64,000 nucleotides of DNA. It comes from an uncultured Candidatus Saccharibacteria bacterium. GTDB taxonomy: Bacteria; Patescibacteriota; Saccharimonadia; Saccharimonadales; JAGQNJ01. The position numbers were made by a program, and so were the translations under genes. The notes under the pieces were generated by a model. It ran no database searches. It was not told the origin of the DNA and saw only the letters and a list, made by a program, of their open reading frames with translations. Positions 59,179 to 64,000 of this stretch are shown in pieces (the stretch's first letter is position 1; every line of letters begins with the position of its first letter). Where the stretch lies: positions 19,513 to 83,512 of the forward strand of contig CAZMFO010000001.1 of the NCBI GenBank assembly GCA_964565615.1, given 5' to 3'.

Positions 59179-59760
59179 ATGAGATTTAGAAGAAAGCCCA
59201 AAACAGCAGAGAAAAAATCGGATGTTTATGCTTTTATAGATAGTCAAAATCTCAATCTTGGTGTCCAGCGTGTTGGCTGGAAGATGGACTGGAGAAAATT
59301 GCGACAATTTTTGGCAAACAAATACGGTGTAACAAAGGCTTATATGTTTATTGGCTACATATCTGACAACGAGGATATGTACAACCAGCTTTATGAAGCG
59401 GGCTATTTAATTGTACTAAAGCCAACGGTTGAGTCCTCTGCGTCAACAGAAGAAAGCCAGTCAAAACCACAAGTTAAGGGTAATATCGACGCCGAATTGG
59501 TGCTTTATGCGATGAAAGAAATGCCAAATTACGCGCAGGCGATTATTGTTTCTGGTGACGGTGATTTTTATTGCTTGGCAGAATATCTTGAGTCTAAAAA
59601 CCGGCTTAAGCATATTATGACTCCAAACTGGAAGTATTCTACACTATTAAAACCATACGAAAAATTTATTATTCGTCTTGACCAAAAACGCAAAGAACTA
59701 GAGCACATAGACTACCATCCCAAAAACAAAAATCTAAAAAGATCAAAGAAAACTGGTTAA
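59179..59760 (+). CDS. NYN-domain (LabA-like, PIN-fold) putative ribonuclease
   Basis: YAFIDSQNLN, KGNIDAELV, SGDGDF acidic triad layout. Confidence 0.65.
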   Translation: MRFRRKPKTAEKKSDVYAFIDSQNLNLGVQRVGWKMDWRKLRQFLANKYGVTKAYMFIGYISDNEDMYNQLYEAGYLIVLKPTVESSASTEESQSKPQVKGNIDAELVLYAMKEMPNYAQAIIVSGDGDFYCLAEYLESKNRLKHIMTPNWKYSTLLKPYEKFIIRLDQKRKELEHIDYHPKNKNLKRSKKTG

Positions 59761-59845
59761 GTTGGCGTCGGCTGAGTGATTGGCGTACCATAGTGCACCT
59801 ATGCCGATAGCAAGTAAAATAAGTAAAATGATTGTTCTTAGCTTT

Positions 59846-60463
59846 TCATTCATCGTTACTTTGATTATCCTCTATTAGTTTTGCAATAACAACTAACCTT
59901 TGTTTGGAGGTCCACATTGGGGTACAGGTGTATAGGGTTAGGGTAGGGTCAGCTGTTTTCTGCTCTACCTCAATCTGGTGGGGTTCAACAATTTTTGTTT
60001 CGACGACTTGATACAAATATTCTTTGCCCCGCCAATAAAGTGCCAGTTTATCGCCTGTTTTAATTTTATCTAGATGATAAAAAACCGCCGGATCATTGTA
60101 AGTAAAGCGATGTCCAACGATTACTGTGTTGCTATCTTTGTCTGGGGTAGAAGTTTGTGGCCTTCTCCAGACTCCTTTTTTTAATGCGTCGGCATACTTA
60201 CCTTCGTTTATCGGTTCGTCTAATCCAATTTGAGGAATCACTAAACGATTATCTTGGGGGATTGGTTTGGTACCCGGTTTGTTGTCATCTGAATAAGCCG
60301 AACTACTAGATATCTTGCCAGTTTTCAGATTAATCCAAAAAGTTAGCTGTGGCAGTAAGGGCATAGCGATAAGATATATCCCAAGTCCAATGACAACAAC
60401 CGACAAAAAATCGTTAAATAATCGTAGCTTCTTATCTTTATGCTTGTATTTAAACTCTCGCAC
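59846..60463 (-). CDS. Sortase-family transpeptidase
   Basis: N-terminal TM. VIVGHRFTYND (His). TLTLYTCTP (catalytic Cys in TLxTC). Confidence 0.8.
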   Translation of the reverse strand: MREFKYKHKDKKLRLFNDFLSVVVIGLGIYLIAMPLLPQLTFWINLKTGKISSSSAYSDDNKPGTKPIPQDNRLVIPQIGLDEPINEGKYADALKKGVWRRPQTSTPDKDSNTVIVGHRFTYNDPAVFYHLDKIKTGDKLALYWRGKEYLYQVVETKIVEPHQIEVEQKTADPTLTLYTCTPMWTSKQRLVVIAKLIEDNQSNDE

Positions 60464-60512
60464 ATTATAAGTATAACAATTTTAAGAAGAAAGTTAGTGG
60501 TATTATTAAGTT

Positions 60513-61211
60513 ATGACGGCAAAAGATGTACAGAGTGAGCTGGATAAGCACGAAAGCCCAAGCGACGCTGTCTTTTTACAAAGATTTTTTAAAACAGGTA
60601 AGGGTCAATATGGGGAGGGAGACATATTTATTGGCGTGAGAGTGCCTGTTTTGCGCTCTATCGCCAAGCAATACATTTCGCTATCTTTAAAAGAGATAGA
60701 GGTGTTGCTAGAAAGCCCCGTTCACGAACATCGTTTGGTAGCTTTAATTATTATGACTTACCAAATTAAGAAGGCAGACCAAGCTACTGGCGAGGCTATT
60801 TATCGGCTATATTTAAGACGAACCGATAGAATTAACAATTGGGACTTGGTTGATGTAAGCTGTCGAGATATTATTGGCAGATACCTAACAGATAAAGATC
60901 GTAGCATATTATATGATTTGGCTAGGTCAACCAACCTTTGGGAGCGTCGTATTGCAATTGTTAGTACATGGTGGTTTATTCGTCAGGGGCAGTTAGAGGA
61001 TACCTTTAAATTAGCCAACATATTATTGCAAGATAAGTATGATTTAATACAGAAGGCAGTTGGCTGGATGTTACGCGAAGCGGGCAAGAAGGATCAACAA
61101 GAGTTACTTTTGTTTTTAGAAAAAAATGCACATTTAATGCCCAGAACAATGTTGCGCTATAGCATTGAGAGACTTGATCAAACAGACAAAAATAGGTTTA
61201 TGGCTCAGTAA
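60513..61211 (+). CDS. DNA alkylation repair glycosylase, AlkC/AlkD (HEAT-like repeat) family
   Basis: FLQRFFKTGKGQYGEGDIFIGVRVP ... NNWDLVD ... WMLRE. Confidence 0.7.
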   Translation: MTAKDVQSELDKHESPSDAVFLQRFFKTGKGQYGEGDIFIGVRVPVLRSIAKQYISLSLKEIEVLLESPVHEHRLVALIIMTYQIKKADQATGEAIYRLYLRRTDRINNWDLVDVSCRDIIGRYLTDKDRSILYDLARSTNLWERRIAIVSTWWFIRQGQLEDTFKLANILLQDKYDLIQKAVGWMLREAGKKDQQELLLFLEKNAHLMPRTMLRYSIERLDQTDKNRFMAQ

Positions 61212-61260
61212 TCTACCATTTAAATTGGGTTTTAGCTAAGCATAAGTTAAAGTATAAAAG

Positions 61261-62529
61261 ATGGATAAATACAAAACGCGATTTCCTAAGAACTTCCTTT
61301 GGGGGGCAAGTACTGCCAGCCATCAGGTAGAGGGTGGAAATCATAATCAGTGGTCTGTTTGGGAGTTACAGGTAGCTAACGAGCATGCAAAAATGTCCAG
61401 TCAGCATTTAGGTTGGTTGCCCAACTGGGGTGAGATTAAGACTCAAGCAGAGGATGCCAATAATTATATCTCTGGTAAAGGGGTAGAACATTATAAACGA
61501 TACAAGGAAGACTTTAAGTTAATCAAACAGCTCAACTTAAATTCGTATCGTTTCGGGATTGAATGGTCGCGTATCCAGCCAACAGAAGATGAGTGGAAAC
61601 AAGAAGCAATCAGCCATTACAGAACATATATTCAAGAACTAAAAAAGGCGGGAATAGAACCAATGCTTAATATCTGGCATTGGACATTGCCAGTTTGGTT
61701 TACCGAAAAAGGTGGTTTTGTAAATAAGGCAAATTTAAAGTATTGGGACAAGTTTGTTGAAGTAATTGCCAATGAGCTTTCCTCTCAAGTAAAAAATGTA
61801 ATCACGCTTAACGAGCCGAACGTCTATGCTAGCCACTCTTATGCTTTGGGTTGGTGGCCACCGCAACAGACTAGCTGGATAGAGGCGTCTAGGGTTTATT
61901 TAAATCTGGTAAGAGCACATAAGCGAGCTTATCGGATTCTAAAGGCTAAGAAGCCGAGCTTAAATATCGGAATTGCTCAACAACTGGCGAATATACAGGC
62001 TAAAAGGCCTCACAATTTTTTTGATCAGGCAATGACAAAATGGATGAGATTTTTTTGGAACTGGTGGTTTTACAATCGTATTAGTAAACAGCAAGATTTT
62101 ATTGGGTTTAATTATTACTTTACTGATTACTATAAGGTAAATAAAAGATCTAACCCAAAGTTGCCAACAAACGATCTGGGATGGTATATGGAGCCAGAGG
62201 GGCTGTACCCTTTGCTACTAAGAGTCTGGGCGCGTTATAGAAAGCCGATAATTGTAACAGAAAACGGTGTAGCTGATGCTAATGACCAATATCGTAGATG
62301 GTGGATAGAAGAAACACTTATTGCAATGGAGAAGGCTCTAAGCGAGGGCGTTGGGTTGGTTGGATACTTCCACTGGAGTTTGCTGGATAACTTTGAGTGG
62401 GCGTATGGATGGTGGCCAAAATTTGGTTTAATAGAAGTCGACAGGAAAACGATGAAGCGTACTATTCGCCCAAGTGCAAAATGGTTTGCCGAGCAGATCA
62501 AACAGATAAAGGTCATAAAACGAAATTGA
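61261..62529 (+). CDS. Glycoside hydrolase family 1 (beta-glucosidase-like)
   Basis: FLWGASTASHQVEGG. Acid/base TLNEP. Nucleophile VTENG. Confidence 0.85.
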   Translation: MDKYKTRFPKNFLWGASTASHQVEGGNHNQWSVWELQVANEHAKMSSQHLGWLPNWGEIKTQAEDANNYISGKGVEHYKRYKEDFKLIKQLNLNSYRFGIEWSRIQPTEDEWKQEAISHYRTYIQELKKAGIEPMLNIWHWTLPVWFTEKGGFVNKANLKYWDKFVEVIANELSSQVKNVITLNEPNVYASHSYALGWWPPQQTSWIEASRVYLNLVRAHKRAYRILKAKKPSLNIGIAQQLANIQAKRPHNFFDQAMTKWMRFFWNWWFYNRISKQQDFIGFNYYFTDYYKVNKRSNPKLPTNDLGWYMEPEGLYPLLLRVWARYRKPIIVTENGVADANDQYRRWWIEETLIAMEKALSEGVGLVGYFHWSLLDNFEWAYGWWPKFGLIEVDRKTMKRTIRPSAKWFAEQIKQIKVIKRN

Positions 62530-62561
62530 CAAAACAACGTACTTATGCTATCATTTAATTT

Positions 62562-62942
62562 ATGGCTAAACAAGAAAGAATTTTTACTAAAGAGAATCCA
62601 AAGACAAAAGAAGTAGCTCATGCTCGTCAGCTCATTGCTTTAGGTGCGGTTGTTTTGTCAGCACTTGGAGTAGGCTGGGGTGTCAAGCATACATTATCTG
62701 ACGAAGAAAAGCCTTCGCGACCAACTCGTTCAGTATTAGTTAAGCCTGGCGATACGGTTTTTGGTTATGCAGAACAAATTGTAGAGGGATTAGACAAACC
62801 TGTTGATGTGAGAGAGATAGTGGACGAAATTATTGCGCTGTCTCCAGATGCTCAAGACGGTGTGCTACACCCTGGTGATGAGCTTAATGTTCCGTTAAGC
62901 GATGCCGAGATTGTTAGCAAGCAAGATTCTTCACAAAAGTAG
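62562..62942 (+). CDS. Small membrane-anchored protein with a LysM-like C-terminal segment
   Basis: TM (LIALGAVVLSALGVGW), then VKPGDTVFGYAEQI. Confidence 0.35.
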   Translation: MAKQERIFTKENPKTKEVAHARQLIALGAVVLSALGVGWGVKHTLSDEEKPSRPTRSVLVKPGDTVFGYAEQIVEGLDKPVDVREIVDEIIALSPDAQDGVLHPGDELNVPLSDAEIVSKQDSSQK

Positions 62943-62973
62943 ACATATTTGATATTTGCGTACTGTCAGTAGT

Positions 62974-63009
62974 CCGCCACGCTAGATGTAGTGGCGGTTT
63001 TTTTATTTT
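62974..63009 (+). terminator. Rho-independent terminator (CCGCCAC-10-GTGGCGG plus a T11 tract)
   Basis: Read directly. Confidence 0.65.
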
Positions 63010-63062
63010 GGTGATTACCTGTGGAAAACTCGACAAAATATGTAAAAAAGTAAAAAAAGTAC

Positions 63063-63114
63063 TTGCATGTGGGTAGGGGTGGGTTGTAGACTCAGGTTAG
63101 TGGGTAAACGTGGG
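63063..63114 (+). promoter_or_regulatory. mraZ promoter (TTGCAT-18-TAGACT) overlapped by four GTGGG direct repeats, a putative MraZ operator
   Basis: GTGGG at 63069, 63079, 63100 and 63110 (10/21/10-nt phasing) inside and just downstream of the -35/-10 spacer. Confidence 0.5.
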
Positions 63115-63184
63115 TAACCCATCGTAAGCAAAAAATAAAAACAACCACGAGAGAATATTAATAATAAGAGACCAAATAATTCAT

Positions 63185-63538
63185 ATGGTGGACTACTTCG
63201 AAAGAAAACTTGACGACAAGCGAAGGCTGACAATTCCAGCCGAACTACGAGCCGAGTTTGAGAGCGGAGCAGTCGTTACCCGTGGATTTAAGCAGTATCT
63301 GCATATCTACCCCAAAAGTGTCTGGGACGAGCAGGTCGAGCCTCAACTTCAAGGAAGTATTCTTGATGAGCAGGTCGCCGATCTTAATGTTCAGTTTCGG
63401 TTCGGTAAGGTAGAGAGCAGTATAGATGCTAAGCAGGGTCGAGTCACAATAGAACAGCATTTGTTAGATTATGCTGGTATCCGTAAGAACATTGTGGCGG
63501 TGCGTGCTGGGCGTTATTGGCGTATCCAAGCAGGCTAA
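63185..63538 (+). CDS. mraZ: Transcriptional regulator MraZ
   Basis: Two DxxxR motifs: DDKRRLTIPAELR and DAKQGRVTIEQHLLDYAGI. Confidence 0.85.
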   Translation: MVDYFERKLDDKRRLTIPAELRAEFESGAVVTRGFKQYLHIYPKSVWDEQVEPQLQGSILDEQVADLNVQFRFGKVESSIDAKQGRVTIEQHLLDYAGIRKNIVAVRAGRYWRIQAG

Positions 63539-63877
63539 AGTGGCTGTTCCCACAGTACATTAACAAATAATAGTAACCAGTAAGCATTACAGAATGCTTG
63601 AGGTCAGCTATTCGGTAGTCAACAAGTGGATCGAGGGTTAACCACTCAAAAAACCCTAGCACCTTTCATAAAACACCTCCCAAAACTCCACCTCACACTA
63701 AGTCTCTCAAACTGCAAAGTCAGTAAAAGGTATGAGCACAATCAAACCAAGATTGTACTCGTTGTTGTTAGCCTTCTACAAAAAAACTTGGCAGTCTAAC
63801 AAAAACAAAAACGATAAAAACAAAAAGTTGACTACTGAATAGGTGACCTTACAAAAACAAAAATGTAAAATAAAAAA

Positions 63878-64000
63878 ATGGTAAGTAATCACCACACAAA
63901 CCAACATATTCCTGTATTGCTTCAAGAAGTATTGCAATATCTTGCGCCAGAGAAGGGCGAAACGCTCTTAGACGCGACAGCTGGATACGGCGGACACGCA
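63878..64000 (+). CDS. rsmH: 16S rRNA m4C1402 methyltransferase RsmH (MraW); 3' end lies outside the window
   Basis: MVSNHHTNQHIPVLLQEVLQYLAPEKGETLLDATAGYGGHA. Not in the ORF track because it is cut off at the window edge. Confidence 0.8.
   Translation, partial: MVSNHHTNQHIPVLLQEVLQYLAPEKGETLLDATAGYGGHA

Noticed and set aside
63015-63233. 72-aa minus-strand ORF
   Set aside because: It overlaps the mraZ promoter/operator and the mraZ start, so it is non-coding regulatory DNA.
1-64000. Searched by eye for CRISPR repeats, tRNA T-arm/anticodon-arm signatures, rRNA, and integrase/transposase-like ORFs
   Set aside because: I recognized none. Intergenic gaps are short, and the few long ones (2602-2846, 56778-57020, 63539-63877) lack tRNA-like cloverleaf or periodic repeat-spacer structure.
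1-64000. Considered alternative genetic code (UGA recoding, as in some CPR lineages)
   Set aside because: Many well-supported genes terminate cleanly at TGA, and an RF2 gene (which recognizes UGA) is present, so the standard code applies.

Overview
This 64-kb window is a densely packed, low-GC, mostly plus-strand block of housekeeping genes from a small-genome bacterium with a Gram-positive-type envelope toolkit (sortase, LCP ligase, PcsB-like CHAP hydrolase, alpha2-type GlyRS). That profile is compatible with Saccharibacteria/CPR-like or other Terrabacteria lineages, but I cannot assign the taxon from sequence alone. I could support the following genes: a 5'-truncated class II RNR (nrdJ), ileS, rplU, a sigma-70 factor, parA-parB, lepB, an LCP protein, htrA, prmC, prfA, rpmE, rpsB-tsf-frr-uppS-rseP, proS, greA, lysS, serS, hpf, secA, prfB, ftsE-ftsX followed by two paralogous coiled-coil hydrolases (M23 and CHAP), an S41 protease, pyrG, two orphan receiver domains, rpmA, xseA/xseB, recO, glyS, a sortase, an AlkD-like glycosylase, a GH1 glycosidase, mraZ and the start of rsmH. 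By eye I found no rRNA, tRNA, CRISPR array, integrase or transposase. The most unusual structures are listed next. (1) A near-exact 60-nt duplication of the ileS start flanks an inserted Hjc-like PD-(D/E)xK nuclease ORF, which looks like a selfish cassette that regenerated the essential gene. (2) Upstream of what looks like an ancestral GDSL-hyp-ileS operon sits a 180-nt structured leader with T-box-like motifs (AAUCGGA-UGGUACC bulge, AGUGA, CCGUAA x2, a loop presenting AUC-A). (3) Downstream of ftsEX are tandem paralogs with a gene-conversion tract, and the M23 domain of the first appears circularly permuted. (4) Next to a sortase lies a cluster of lineage-specific hypotheticals plus an NYN RNase. 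(5) A TGnTATAAT-(6..10 nt)-ATG leaderless-promoter architecture recurs. (6) The mraZ promoter overlaps a 4 x GTGGG operator. All functional calls are motif-based readings of the supplied translations; no database search was run.
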